A stretch of DNA of 64,000 nt. Origin: an uncultured beta proteobacterium (lineage in GTDB: Bacteria > Pseudomonadota > Gammaproteobacteria > Burkholderiales > Burkholderiaceae_B). Made by a program: the position numbers and the translations under genes. The notes beneath the pieces were generated by a model. It saw nothing but the letters and a program-made list of their open reading frames with translations, was not told the DNA's origin and made no database searches. Each line of letters begins with the position of its first letter. Within the stretch, counting starts at the first letter, position 1. The stretch covers positions 19,253-83,252 of the forward strand of contig CAVPNJ010000012.1 of the NCBI GenBank assembly GCA_963706785.1, given 5' to 3'. Of the stretch, positions 29,623 to 39,598 are shown piece by piece.

Positions 29623-30864
29623 TTAGGCGCTAGTGATTTCGCGGTGGATATCTTGTACGACCCCCGTATCAATAAATGCATCGATTTCTGCTTCGCCGTA
29701 GCCAAATTCCTTCAATATCGCCATGGTATCCTCGCCTAAGCGCGGGGCCGCGCGGCGATATTGTGCCGGTGTGACCGATAGTTTTACCGGCATCCCTATA
29801 CTGCGTACATTGCCAGCCTGCGGATGCACTTGTTCGACGATCATGCCGCGTGCCAGTGTCTGGGGATGTGACAGCGCCTGACCGATAGAATGAACGGGGC
29901 CAGCGGGTACACCTGCTTCGTCGAAGGCGGCTAGCCAATCCTGCGCCGATCTGGTTTTCAGGATATCGCTCATCATTTCTACCAAAGTATCACGATTGCG
30001 CATGCGTCCTGCATTGAGCACAAAACGGGGATCGTCGCACCATTCCGGGTGGCCCAAAACTTCGGCGATACGTGTCCAGTTCCTTTCGTTCGCCCCTCCG
30101 ATGACGATCCAGTCTGTACCGGTGGGAAACGCCTGATAGGGCGCAGTCAACACGTGCGATGATCCTGTGGGGCCCGGTGATTCTCCGGTCCCAAAATAGA
30201 TCGCCGCGTGCCAATAAAGCTGCTGCAGACTTGCCTCAAGGAGCGATGTCTCGACGATCTGACCTTCGCCTGTTTTTTGTTTGTGCTGGTAGGCTGCAAG
30301 GATGCCGAATGCGGCCAGCAGGCCTGCATTAATGTCGGCGACCGAATTGCCGGTGCGCAGGGGTGGGCCGCCGGGTTCGCCTGTGATGCTCATCAGCCCC
30401 GAGAATCCTTGTGCAATCAGGTCAAAACCACCTTTGTCAGCATACGGGCCGCTGACACCATACCCGGACACTGCACAGTAGATCAGTCCAGGATTTTCTT
30501 TGCGCAAGGTCTCGTAACCCAGGCCGAGCTTTTCCATTGTGCCCTTGCGAAAATTTTCCGTGATGACATCTGCATCGCGGACCATGCGCAGTAGAATTTC
30601 TTTGCCTCTGGCACTTTTCAGATCCAAAGCGATAGCACGTTTGTTACGATTCAGCATCAGGAAGGGTGCGGAAACCCCCTTAATCTGAGGGTCCTGATAT
30701 TGTCGAGCATCGTCGCCACCGTTAAGTTTTTCTACCTTGATCACGTCGGCACCGAGGTCAGCCAGCATCATGCCGCATGTCGGGCCGGCCATGATTTGAG
30801 AAAGTTCGATGACGCGCATGCCGGCAAGAGCGCCGCGACTAGTTGTACTTTCATTTTTTAGCAT
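29623..30864 (-). CDS. CaiB/BaiF family (class III) CoA-transferase
   Basis: 413 aa from ATG 30864, with AAGGGAAG upstream. LAGMRVIELSQIMAGPTCGMMLADLGADVIKVE is the family signature. Confidence 0.9.
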   Translation of the reverse strand: MLKNESTTSRGALAGMRVIELSQIMAGPTCGMMLADLGADVIKVEKLNGGDDARQYQDPQIKGVSAPFLMLNRNKRAIALDLKSARGKEILLRMVRDADVITENFRKGTMEKLGLGYETLRKENPGLIYCAVSGYGVSGPYADKGGFDLIAQGFSGLMSITGEPGGPPLRTGNSVADINAGLLAAFGILAAYQHKQKTGEGQIVETSLLEASLQQLYWHAAIYFGTGESPGPTGSSHVLTAPYQAFPTGTDWIVIGGANERNWTRIAEVLGHPEWCDDPRFVLNAGRMRNRDTLVEMMSDILKTRSAQDWLAAFDEAGVPAGPVHSIGQALSHPQTLARGMIVEQVHPQAGNVRSIGMPVKLSVTPAQYRRAAPRLGEDTMAILKEFGYGEAEIDAFIDTGVVQDIHREITSA

Positions 30865-30874
30865 ATTCTTCCCT

Positions 30875-31672
30875 TTAACGACCCTTGAACTCTGGCATTT
30901 CTTTCTGCAGGAACGCACGAAAGCCGGTGCGAAAGTCTTCGGTATCGAAGCAGTCGAAGGCTTCATCCCTTTCGGCGTCGGTGAGTTCGTGTCCAGCCAG
31001 AAGCCTACGTATGAACTTCTTGTGCCAGCGTGCCACAAGCGGGGCGCCGCTGGCGATGCGCTCAGCTGTTTTGGCCGCTTCTTCAGCCACATCCGCGTCG
31101 GCTACAACTCGGGTAACAACTCCTAGTTCCAGGGCCCGTTGCGCATCGAAAATGGCCCCTTCAAGAAGTACGGCAAGTGCAGTAGAGGGGCCGACTAGTC
31201 TTAGGAGAGGGGCTAGTTCGGAATAGGACATCACTAGGCCGAGATTCTTGATTGGTATGCCGAACTTCGAACTGGTGCCGCAGATTCGAATATCGGCCAA
31301 GCTGGCAATTTCAAGTCCCCCGCCCACGCAGATTCCATGGATCTGGGCGACGACGGGATGCCGACAATTGGCTATGGCCTCTATCGTGCGGCGCATTACC
31401 ATCCCATACTCTATCGCTTGGACCTTATTGGAACGTGAGGTTTCGAACTCCGAGATGTCGTTGCCGGGAGAAAATGCCTTTTCCCCGGCGCCGCGTACCA
31501 CAATGCAGCGCACCGTATCGTCATCTGAAAGAGCGAGAAAATTGGTTCCGAGATCACGCCATACGTCGATCGTGAAGGCGTTAAGTTTCTCGGGACGGTT
31601 GACCGTGATGGTCACAATGGAATTTTCTCGACTGACGAGAAGATGAGGGTTCTGTGTTATTGCAGTATTCAT
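30875..31672 (-). CDS. enoyl-CoA hydratase/isomerase family protein
   Basis: 265 aa. ITVNRPEKLNAF...VVRGAGEKAFSPGNDI...GICVGGGLEIA. Confidence 0.9.
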   Translation of the reverse strand: MNTAITQNPHLLVSRENSIVTITVNRPEKLNAFTIDVWRDLGTNFLALSDDDTVRCIVVRGAGEKAFSPGNDISEFETSRSNKVQAIEYGMVMRRTIEAIANCRHPVVAQIHGICVGGGLEIASLADIRICGTSSKFGIPIKNLGLVMSYSELAPLLRLVGPSTALAVLLEGAIFDAQRALELGVVTRVVADADVAEEAAKTAERIASGAPLVARWHKKFIRRLLAGHELTDAERDEAFDCFDTEDFRTGFRAFLQKEMPEFKGR

Positions 31673-31696
31673 GTCACTATTCCGTTCGCTACGCTG

Positions 31697-32677
31697 TTAA
31701 GGCTTTTTCAGGCCAAGGTCTGCCGTGATGCGGCCGTACTTGGCATATTCTTCCTGTATGAAGGCCTGAAAATCTTTCGGACTGTCGGGTCCTCCGCCCA
31801 CGACCATGCCTTGATTTGCAAGTTTGGTGGCAACATCAGGATCTTTTAATGATGTCTTCAAAGCCTGATCGAGCTTGGCAAGGACCGCTGGAGGGACATT
31901 GGCGGGTGCCAACACGGCGTACCATTGTTCGACATCCATACCTTTGATCCCGGCCTCCGCAAGCGTTGGCACATCGGGCAATGATGCGGCCCGCCTGGCA
32001 CTGGTTAACGCCAGTGGCCGCAACTTTCCGGCTTTGACCTGACCGATTGCACCGGGCAGTGTGTCGAAATTCATGTCTACTTGCGCCCCAAGCAGATCGG
32101 TCATTGCCTGGCCACTACCTTTGTAGGGTATGTGTTCCATCGTGACGCCGGTAATTTGAGAAAAGCGCGCGGCGCTAAGGTGCTGAGGGCTGCCCATTCC
32201 GGAAGAAGCATAGGTGTACTTGCCCGGATTGGCCTTTACCAGGCCGATGAGTTCTTGAACTGATTTAACGTCATTTTTTGCCGGATTTATGACCAGAATG
32301 TTCGGAACAGACCCTACGTAGCGTACGGCGGTGAATCCCTTCACCGGATCGTAGGAAACCGGCAGTAAATAGGGCGCCGAGACTGTAGACTGCATATTTG
32401 CCAGCAGGAGCGTGTAGCCATCGGGCTCCGCCCTGGCGACCATCTCCCCGGCGATTAGGCCTGACGCCCCAGGTTTGTTCTCTACGATGATTTGTTGGCC
32501 AACTACTTCGGATAAGTTTTGCGCGATGATGCGAGCCGACACATCAGTTCCGCCGCCAGGCACAAATCCCACTACTAAACGTATAGGTTTACTCGGAAAG
32601 GAATCCGAGGCGTGAGAAATGCCCATTGGGGCTAACATAAGTGCGCCGAGGGCTATACAAGCTGTCTTTTTTATCAT
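31697..32677 (-). CDS. Bug-family (TctC-like) substrate-binding protein
   Basis: Start at ATG 32677 with GGAG upstream. A signal peptide is followed by FPSKPIRLVVGFVPGGGTDVSARI. Confidence 0.9.
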   Translation of the reverse strand: MIKKTACIALGALMLAPMGISHASDSFPSKPIRLVVGFVPGGGTDVSARIIAQNLSEVVGQQIIVENKPGASGLIAGEMVARAEPDGYTLLLANMQSTVSAPYLLPVSYDPVKGFTAVRYVGSVPNILVINPAKNDVKSVQELIGLVKANPGKYTYASSGMGSPQHLSAARFSQITGVTMEHIPYKGSGQAMTDLLGAQVDMNFDTLPGAIGQVKAGKLRPLALTSARRAASLPDVPTLAEAGIKGMDVEQWYAVLAPANVPPAVLAKLDQALKTSLKDPDVATKLANQGMVVGGGPDSPKDFQAFIQEEYAKYGRITADLGLKKP

Positions 32678-32765
32678 TACGTTGTCTCCTTCAGGTTTTA
32701 GCACTGCCGCGTGCTGTCATGATCTATGATGATCATTCGACAAAATCTTAGGTAAACTAACAATG

Positions 32766-32791
32766 CTGGTATCTGGTATACCAAATACCAG
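32766..32791. promoter_or_regulatory. candidate GntR/FadR-type operator in the divergent Bug/GntR intergenic region
   Basis: CTGGTATCTGGTATACCAAATACCAG. Outer inverted arms CTGGTAT/ATACCAG enclose the perfect 10-bp palindrome TGGTATACCA (32774-32783). Confidence 0.5.
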
Positions 32792-32826
32792 GAATAAGTT
32801 TACCGATTTCTGCTTAATACACATCT

Positions 32827-33552
32827 ATGGATTACCCTGACTCATCATCCGGGCCGTTAGCCGGCCTGCTCGCCGACCCGGTGGCTATCAATCACCCGAC
32901 TCTAGCGGCGGTGGTCGCCGATAAATTGCGCCAGCTCATAACCGACGGCACGCTGAAACCGGGAACCGCGCTTAATGAGCGCGACCTTTGCGATTTATTA
33001 GGAGTCTCTCGGACGCCTCTAAGGGAGGCCTACCGCATTCTCGCTGCGGATGGCTTAGTCAGCATTCAGGCCAAGCGAGGAGCTATGGTCATTGAGCATA
33101 CGCACGACGATATTGAAAACATTTTTGATGTGATTGCGGTCCTGGAAGGCCTGGCGATTCGGCAGGCAGTCGAGCGCGCCACCGATGCCGAACTAGCAGA
33201 GATTGCTGCATTGCATCAGCAGATGTTAAAAAGCTTTCATAGTCGAGATATCAAGTCGTACTTCGCGGCGAGTATGGGCACCCATGTGGCGATCAGCCGC
33301 GCAGCCCACAACCCCGCGCTCGCCGATACGTATACGCGCTTGAACCTGCAAGTACAGGCCCTGCGTTACAAGTCTAATTTGGATCCGGACGAATGGATGG
33401 CTGGCGTGGCCGACCACGAGCGTTTTGTCGACGCATTACTTGCGCGGGATGCCGAAGCTGCGGAAAAGCACATTCGTGACCATCTCGTTAACAAGAAGTC
33501 TTACCACTTGCAAGGCCCGGTTCCCGCTCAAACGCGACTTAGTAAACGTTGA
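32827..33552 (+). CDS. GntR family transcriptional regulator (FadR/FCD subfamily)
   Basis: 241 aa. Winged helix LNERDLCDLLGVSRTPLREAYRILAADGLV, plus a C-terminal all-helical FCD-like domain. Confidence 0.9.
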   Translation: MDYPDSSSGPLAGLLADPVAINHPTLAAVVADKLRQLITDGTLKPGTALNERDLCDLLGVSRTPLREAYRILAADGLVSIQAKRGAMVIEHTHDDIENIFDVIAVLEGLAIRQAVERATDAELAEIAALHQQMLKSFHSRDIKSYFAASMGTHVAISRAAHNPALADTYTRLNLQVQALRYKSNLDPDEWMAGVADHERFVDALLARDAEAAEKHIRDHLVNKKSYHLQGPVPAQTRLSKR

Positions 33553-33571
33553 ACACTCAAAAGGAAAATCT

Positions 33572-35041
33572 ATGAATCTTCATCGACCTTCTTTATTTCG
33601 CCAGCAGTGCCATATTGGGGGCAAATGGGTGGGAGCCGCCGACGGGGCTACGATTTCTGTGGTCAATCCGGCCGACAATAGTGTCATGGGTAGCATTCCC
33701 AGCTTGACCGCGGCAGATGTCAAAAGCGCTATTCAAGCGGCTAACGACGGGCTGCGGGCCTGGAAGGCATTAAGCGGAAAGGATCGTTCCCGTTTGCTGC
33801 GTCGCTGGTACGACCTATGCATGCAGCACCAAGAGGATCTGGCTGTCATTCTTACGATGGAGCAAGGCAAGCCACTAAAGGAATCGCGAGGCGAAATTGC
33901 CTACGGATCTTCATTCCTGGAATGGTTCGCCGAAGAAGCAAAACGCACCTACGGTGATGTGATTCCTGCTGCAAGCAATGATCGCCGCATCATTGTCATC
34001 AAACAACCCGTTGGTGTGGTCGCCGCCATTACGCCATGGAATTTCCCTAACGCAATGATCACTCGAAAGGCGGGCGCTGCGCTGGCAGCCGGCTGCACCA
34101 TCGTGGTCAAGCCGGCGACCGCCACACCCTATTCGGCGCTGGCGCTGGCGGAACTCGCCGCTGAAGCCGGAATTCCGCCGGGAGTTTTCAACGTCGTTAC
34201 AGGCAGTTCGTCTGTCATCGGCGCTGAACTGACAGGCAATCCCGTGGTGCGAAAGCTATCGTTTACAGGCTCTACATCGGTAGGCAAACAGCTTATGGCC
34301 CAGTGTGCCGGCACCATGAAGAAAGTGTCCATGGAGCTTGGCGGTAATGCGCCTTTCATCGTTTTTGATGATGCCGATCTGGATCAGGCGGTTGCTGGCG
34401 TTATGGCGTCGAAATTCCGCAATGCGGGCCAGACCTGTGTATGTGCAAACCGGATCTTTGTCCAGGAGGGTATCTACGACGCCTTCGCAGCAAGGTTAAA
34501 ACAGACGGTCGAGTCCCAAAAGGTGGGTAACGGCCTGAGCGACAATGTCGATTTGGGTCCATTGATCGACTCTGACGCCATCAGCAAGGTCCAGGAACAT
34601 ATCAGCGATGCGTTGTCACTAGGAGCAAACGTATTGACCGGCGGCGGCTCGCACGAGCTGGGCGGCTTATTCTTTCAGCCGACCATCCTGATCAACGTAT
34701 CGGCTAATGCCAAGCTGATGCAAGAGGAAACTTTCGGACCCGTGGCGCCTCTGATTCGCTTTTCAACCGAGGAGGAAGTGGTCGCGATGGCAAACGACAC
34801 GCCTTTTGGGCTGGCGGCTTACTTCTATACCAGCGACTATGAACGTTCATGGCGCGTCGCGGAAGCGCTCGAATGCGGCATCGTAGGGCTAAACGAGGGT
34901 ATTATTTCGACCGAGCTTGCGCCTTTTGGAGGTATCAAAGAATCGGGCGTCGGCCGCGAGGGGTCTAAGTACGGCATGGATGACTACCTCGAGATCAAAT
35001 ATATCTGCGCTGGCGGAATACGTAATAGCAAAACCACTTGA
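33572..35041 (+). CDS. gabD: NAD(P)-dependent succinate-semialdehyde dehydrogenase
   Basis: 489 aa from ATG 33572. FRQQCHIGGKWV..., VAAITPWNFP, MELGGNAPFIVFDDADLD, EETFGPVAPL. GabD-like throughout. Confidence 0.85.
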   Translation: MNLHRPSLFRQQCHIGGKWVGAADGATISVVNPADNSVMGSIPSLTAADVKSAIQAANDGLRAWKALSGKDRSRLLRRWYDLCMQHQEDLAVILTMEQGKPLKESRGEIAYGSSFLEWFAEEAKRTYGDVIPAASNDRRIIVIKQPVGVVAAITPWNFPNAMITRKAGAALAAGCTIVVKPATATPYSALALAELAAEAGIPPGVFNVVTGSSSVIGAELTGNPVVRKLSFTGSTSVGKQLMAQCAGTMKKVSMELGGNAPFIVFDDADLDQAVAGVMASKFRNAGQTCVCANRIFVQEGIYDAFAARLKQTVESQKVGNGLSDNVDLGPLIDSDAISKVQEHISDALSLGANVLTGGGSHELGGLFFQPTILINVSANAKLMQEETFGPVAPLIRFSTEEEVVAMANDTPFGLAAYFYTSDYERSWRVAEALECGIVGLNEGIISTELAPFGGIKESGVGREGSKYGMDDYLEIKYICAGGIRNSKTT

Positions 35042-35084
35042 AACCCTTCACTCGGACCAGACCAAAGCCATCTTGATTGTGCGT

Positions 35085-36077
35085 ATGACCCTTGCATCTT
35101 CTGAATCCTCCCCCAACCACGCTAAGTCTCTCGCAGATCGGGACGCCACATCCGCTGCCAAACCTGGCGCCACGGGGCCAGATTTATCTGACATCCGGCC
35201 CGATGATTGGGTAGAGCGCTGGCTGCCCCGGTCATGGGAGCCTTATGCACGATTGTGCCGGCTGGACCGGCCGGTCGGCACGTGGCTTACCCTGCTTCCT
35301 TGCCTTGCAGCGCTCGTGCAGGCAGCGGATGGCATGCCCACCTTGCTCCGGCTGGTGATATTCTCGTTGGGCGCTTTATTGATGCGCGGAATAGGTTGCT
35401 GTTTCAATGATATCTTTGATCGCGACATCGACAAGAAGGTGGAGCGTACCCGTTTCAGGCCTTTGACAAGCGGGCAGCTGAGTCTGAAAAATGCCTTGTG
35501 GTTCGTTCTGGCTCAGCTGCTGGTGTGTGGCTTGCTATTGCTCGCTCTTAACGAATACAGCCGCTGGCTCGCAGTGGCCCTTATGCCCATCGTCATTGTT
35601 TATCCCTTGTGTAAACGCTTCACTTACTGGCCGCAGGTGGTGTTGGGCATTGGATTCAACTGGGGCATGCTGATGGCATGGTCCGATACGCAAAATGCCG
35701 TCCCGCTGGCCGCGGTGGCGATGTGGCTGGGGGCGGTCCTTTGGCAGGTCGGTTATGACTCAATTTATGCCTATGTTGATGTCCGTGACGACAAGCAACT
35801 GGGCTTGCATTCGACCGCATTGCGTTTCGCAGACAAGGGAAGGGCATGGATCAGTGGTTTTTACATTGCCACGATGGCGCTATGGGTATGGGCCGGGGTA
35901 TCCATGCAGATGGCTTGGCCCTATTATGTGGTGATGGCGGCAATTGCCGGACACTTCATTTGGCAAATGCGCGTGTTCAACGTGGCACAGCCCGACCGCA
36001 ATTTCATGTTATTCCGGGCCAATATGGCCGTGGGCGTCATGCTGCTGGTGGCCGCCCTGGCGGGGACGTTGCTTTGA
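35085..36077 (+). CDS. ubiA: 4-hydroxybenzoate polyprenyltransferase
   Basis: 330 aa. LCRLDRPVGTWL..., NDIFDRDIDKKVERTRFRPL (UbiA Asp-rich motif), YAYVDVRDD. Confidence 0.88.
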   Translation: MTLASSESSPNHAKSLADRDATSAAKPGATGPDLSDIRPDDWVERWLPRSWEPYARLCRLDRPVGTWLTLLPCLAALVQAADGMPTLLRLVIFSLGALLMRGIGCCFNDIFDRDIDKKVERTRFRPLTSGQLSLKNALWFVLAQLLVCGLLLLALNEYSRWLAVALMPIVIVYPLCKRFTYWPQVVLGIGFNWGMLMAWSDTQNAVPLAAVAMWLGAVLWQVGYDSIYAYVDVRDDKQLGLHSTALRFADKGRAWISGFYIATMALWVWAGVSMQMAWPYYVVMAAIAGHFIWQMRVFNVAQPDRNFMLFRANMAVGVMLLVAALAGTLL

Positions 36078-36146
36078 AAAGATAAACCGCCACAATAGGC
36101 CGGCACAAAAACAAAAGATGCGGCGCAGCCGCCGGAGACAAGAACA

Positions 36147-37766
36147 ATGGCCGATACATCGGAACAAACTTCGCTCGAGTTTGATTACATTATCGTGGGC
36201 GCCGGATCGGCGGGCTGCTTGCTGGCAAACCGCCTGTCGGCCAATCCCGCACATCGCGTACTGCTGATCGAGGCGGGGGGGCGCGACAATTGGCACTGGA
36301 TCAACATTCCAGTTGGATATCTGTATTGCATAGGCAATGCCCGCACTGACTGGTGTTACCGTACCCAACCTGATCCGGGTATCAACGACCGTACGCTGGG
36401 ATATCCGCGCGGGCGGGTGCTAGGAGGCAGTTCGGCCATTAATGGCATGATCTACATGCGCGGTCAGGCCGCTGATTACGACGGCTGGGCTGCGCTGGGA
36501 AATACCGGCTGGGCCTGGGATGATGTATTGCCGGAATTCAGACGAACCGAAGATTATTATGCTGGCTCCAGCGAATTTCATGGCAGTTCAGGCGAGTGGC
36601 GGGTCGAACGGCAACGGTTGTCATGGAAGATTCTTGACGCCTTCCGGCAGGCGGCACAACAAGCCGGTATTCCGTCTGTCGATGACTTTAACCGCGGCGA
36701 TAACGAAGGCTGCGCTTATTTTGAAGTCAATCAGCGGCGTGGCGTGCGATGGACCGCGGCTAAGGCTTTTCTGCATCCAATCGCCGGCCGTTCCAATTTA
36801 ACGGTGCTTACGGGCGCCCAGGCCGAGCGGATTGTCTTTGATGGGCGCAGGGCCGACGGGGTGCGATTCTTGCACGACGGGCAGAAGAAGTTCGCGCGGG
36901 CGAAATCGGAGGTTATTCTGGCGTCCGGTTCGATTGGATCCGCGCAATTGCTTCAAGTGTCCGGTGTTGGTCCCGGCATGCACTTACAGACTTTAGGCAT
37001 TCCTGTCGTACACGACCTGCCCGGCGTCGGGCAAAATCTTCAGGACCACTTGCAGTTACGTCTTGTCTATAAGGTTCAAGGCGCTAAAACACTGAACACA
37101 ATGGTGGGGTCCGTATGGGGCAAGGCATTGATGGGGATTCAGTATGCGGTGCAAAAGCGCGGGCCCTTGTCGATGGCGCCATCACAGTTAGGCGCTTTCG
37201 CGCGTTCCAGTCCGGATCAGCCGCGCGCTAATCTGGAATACCATGTCCAACCTTTATCGCTGGAAAAATTCGGCGAGCCCTTGCACAATTTTCCTGCAAT
37301 AACCGCGTCGGTCTGTAACTTGCGTCCTACGAGCCGGGGACATGTCAGTATTGTGTCGCCCAATGCCAGCGATCCCCCAGCCATATTGTGTAACTATCTC
37401 CAGACGTCAGAAGACCGGCTGGTTGCCGCAGACAGCATTCGCCTAACCCGCAAAATCATGACGCAATCGGCAATGGCTCAGTTTCACCCGATAGAACACA
37501 AGCCCGGGTCGCATATTGAATCGCAGGCTGAACTCGAGCGGGCTGCTGGCGATATCGGCACAACCATTTTTCACCCGGTCGGTACTTGCAAAATGGGTGT
37601 GGATGCAATGGCGGTGGTAGATCCGCAGTTGCGGGTTTATGGCGTAGAAGGCTTGAGGGTAATCGATGCCTCTATCATGCCGACCATTACATCGGGGAAC
37701 ACCAATTCCCCTACCATCATGATCGCCGAGAAAGGTGCTGGGCTAATTCTAGGTGCACGCAAATGA
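36147..37766 (+). CDS. GMC family oxidoreductase (choline-dehydrogenase-like)
   Basis: 539 aa. FDYIIVGAGSAGCLLANRLS..., GGSSAINGMIYMRG, C-terminal HPVGTCKMG...VIDASIMP. Confidence 0.92.
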   Translation: MADTSEQTSLEFDYIIVGAGSAGCLLANRLSANPAHRVLLIEAGGRDNWHWINIPVGYLYCIGNARTDWCYRTQPDPGINDRTLGYPRGRVLGGSSAINGMIYMRGQAADYDGWAALGNTGWAWDDVLPEFRRTEDYYAGSSEFHGSSGEWRVERQRLSWKILDAFRQAAQQAGIPSVDDFNRGDNEGCAYFEVNQRRGVRWTAAKAFLHPIAGRSNLTVLTGAQAERIVFDGRRADGVRFLHDGQKKFARAKSEVILASGSIGSAQLLQVSGVGPGMHLQTLGIPVVHDLPGVGQNLQDHLQLRLVYKVQGAKTLNTMVGSVWGKALMGIQYAVQKRGPLSMAPSQLGAFARSSPDQPRANLEYHVQPLSLEKFGEPLHNFPAITASVCNLRPTSRGHVSIVSPNASDPPAILCNYLQTSEDRLVAADSIRLTRKIMTQSAMAQFHPIEHKPGSHIESQAELERAAGDIGTTIFHPVGTCKMGVDAMAVVDPQLRVYGVEGLRVIDASIMPTITSGNTNSPTIMIAEKGAGLILGARK

Positions 37767-37824
37767 GCGCTGCAAGAACGTGCGACAATTTGTACCCGCC
37801 TATTTAGTTCTGCAAGGTTAAAAC

Positions 37825-39099
37825 ATGCCCAGCTTTTTGGAGTATCTGGCTACTGCTTTATTCGCGATAGCTGTCATCCACACTTTCTCAGTACCTGTTT
37901 TCGCTCGCTTGGCGAATCGCGGCGGGCCGCATGCAGGTTTATGGCATTTGCTGTCCGAGGTGGAAGCGGTATTCGGGGTGTGGGCCTGTGTGCTCCTGGT
38001 CGCGATGGCGTTAATTTCCGGGGCGGGGGAAGCAGTCAACTATATCGATACGCGCAACTTTACCGAACCAGCCTTTGTGTTTGTAATCATGGTGGTGGCG
38101 GCTAGCCGACCAATACTGGAACTCGTCAATATGGCTGTCCGCACCTTCGCCCGAATCTTGCCGATTCGTAAAGAGCTGGCCATGTTCTTCGTCACCATGT
38201 CATTCGTACCTTTGGCTGGTTCGTTCATTACCGAGCCCGCGGCGATGACATTGGCGGCACTGCTATTGCGTGACGCGTATTTCGGCCGGCAGGGTCAGTC
38301 GGGATTCAAATACCTGACGATTGGGGTATTGTTTGTAAACATATCGATAGGCGGTGTGCTCACCGCCTACGCTGCGCCGCCGGTGCTGATGGTGGCGCAA
38401 ACATTCGACTGGGATACGGCCTACATGGCCACCCATTTCGGCTGGCGGGCCGCCTCGGCCGTTATTATCAACGCCGCAGTACTGACCTATGTGTGTCGCG
38501 CGCAATTGCTCGATGGCAGTATTGGCGGAAATGCAATTAAGGGCGCTACCCGAGCACCTGTTCCTTTAATCGTAATCGCCATACATACCTTATTCTTGGT
38601 GGGCATCGTTTTATCCGCCCATCATCCTATTATTTTCCTTGGCTATCTGATGCTCTTCATCGGGTATGCGCACGCCTATAAGAGTCACCAGAATCCCCTG
38701 CTGATTCGTGAAGGTCTAATGGTGGGCTTTTTCCTAGCCGGCCTGGTAATACTGGGCGGTCTTCAAAAATGGTGGCTGCAGGATTTGCTGGCCGGTCTTT
38801 CGCCCATGGTCCTGTATTGGGGCTCTCTGGCCTTGACTGCAGTCACCGATAACGCCGCACTGACTTACCTGGGGTCTTTGGTCGACGGCACCAACGAGCT
38901 GTGGCGCTATATGCTTGTGGCAGGCGCTGTCACAGGGGGTGGGCTTACCGTCATCGCCAATGCGCCGAATCCGGCAGGTTTCTCTATATTGAAGGGTACC
39001 TTTCCTGACGGCGCCATTTCACCGCTCAAGTTGCTGGGAGCCGCATCTTTACCGACCTTGGTTGCCGCCGCCATGTTCATGTTGCCAAATTCTTTTTAA
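37825..39099 (+). CDS. polytopic membrane protein, putative Na+/H+ antiporter family (DUF1504/PF07399-like)
   Basis: 424 aa with about 11 hydrophobic segments. The N-terminus LATALFAIAVIHTFSV...LSEVEAVFGVWA fits my memory of that family. Function is not verified. Confidence 0.5.
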   Translation: MPSFLEYLATALFAIAVIHTFSVPVFARLANRGGPHAGLWHLLSEVEAVFGVWACVLLVAMALISGAGEAVNYIDTRNFTEPAFVFVIMVVAASRPILELVNMAVRTFARILPIRKELAMFFVTMSFVPLAGSFITEPAAMTLAALLLRDAYFGRQGQSGFKYLTIGVLFVNISIGGVLTAYAAPPVLMVAQTFDWDTAYMATHFGWRAASAVIINAAVLTYVCRAQLLDGSIGGNAIKGATRAPVPLIVIAIHTLFLVGIVLSAHHPIIFLGYLMLFIGYAHAYKSHQNPLLIREGLMVGFFLAGLVILGGLQKWWLQDLLAGLSPMVLYWGSLALTAVTDNAALTYLGSLVDGTNELWRYMLVAGAVTGGGLTVIANAPNPAGFSILKGTFPDGAISPLKLLGAASLPTLVAAAMFMLPNSF

Positions 39100-39260
39100 A
39101 CAATAACGGCTTGCCCCCTTATGGCAGGCCTATCTCGATGCTAGTACCGAAAACCGGCTAAAATTACGTCTTTTAGTGCTTTGCCGCATCTTCTCGTTCT
39201 CGCACGGCGGGGCGGCTTCAAGCGGGTTTTTCCTCTGACAAACTTTCTTGGGATTCTTTC

Positions 39261-39578
39261 GTGCCTATTTATGCTTATAAATGCAGCGACTGTGGTCATG
39301 CACAGGATGTCTTGCAAAAAATGTCTGATCCGCTTTTGACGGATTGCCCGGAATGCGGGCAGAGTACCTATACGAAGCAAGTGACGGCAGCGGGCTTTCA
39401 ATTGAAAGGCTCAGGCTGGTACGTTACTGATTTTCGCAATAACGGGGCTGCGACGGGCGCCCCAGCTCCTGCTACGGCAAGCACTGCGGCAGGTTCTGGC
39501 AGCTCAACAGCTTCCGCCAGCCCTGCGGCTAGCAGCGCCACCCCTGCTCCGGGAGCATCTAGCTCGCCCTCTTCGTGA
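39261..39578 (+). CDS. FmdB-family zinc-ribbon protein
   Basis: GTG start. MPIYAYKCSDCGH...CPECG has two CxxC pairs, followed by a low-complexity Ala/Ser/Pro tail. It lies upstream of DUF502-aspS. Confidence 0.85.
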   Translation: MPIYAYKCSDCGHAQDVLQKMSDPLLTDCPECGQSTYTKQVTAAGFQLKGSGWYVTDFRNNGAATGAPAPATASTAAGSGSSTASASPAASSATPAPGASSSPSS

Positions 39579-39598
39579 TCCGGTGACCTGAAGGCTGC

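Noticed and set aside
30865-31092. 76-codon upstream extension of the CoA-transferase ORF
   Set aside because: It overlaps the 3' end of the enoyl-CoA hydratase gene. The internal ATG at 30864 has a Shine-Dalgarno-like sequence and gives the canonical family N-terminus.
39141-39401. 86-aa minus-strand ORF overlapping the start of the FmdB zinc-ribbon gene
   Set aside because: It is an Arg-rich shadow ORF, and the plus-strand zinc-ribbon gene is strongly supported by its CxxC pairs and conserved synteny.
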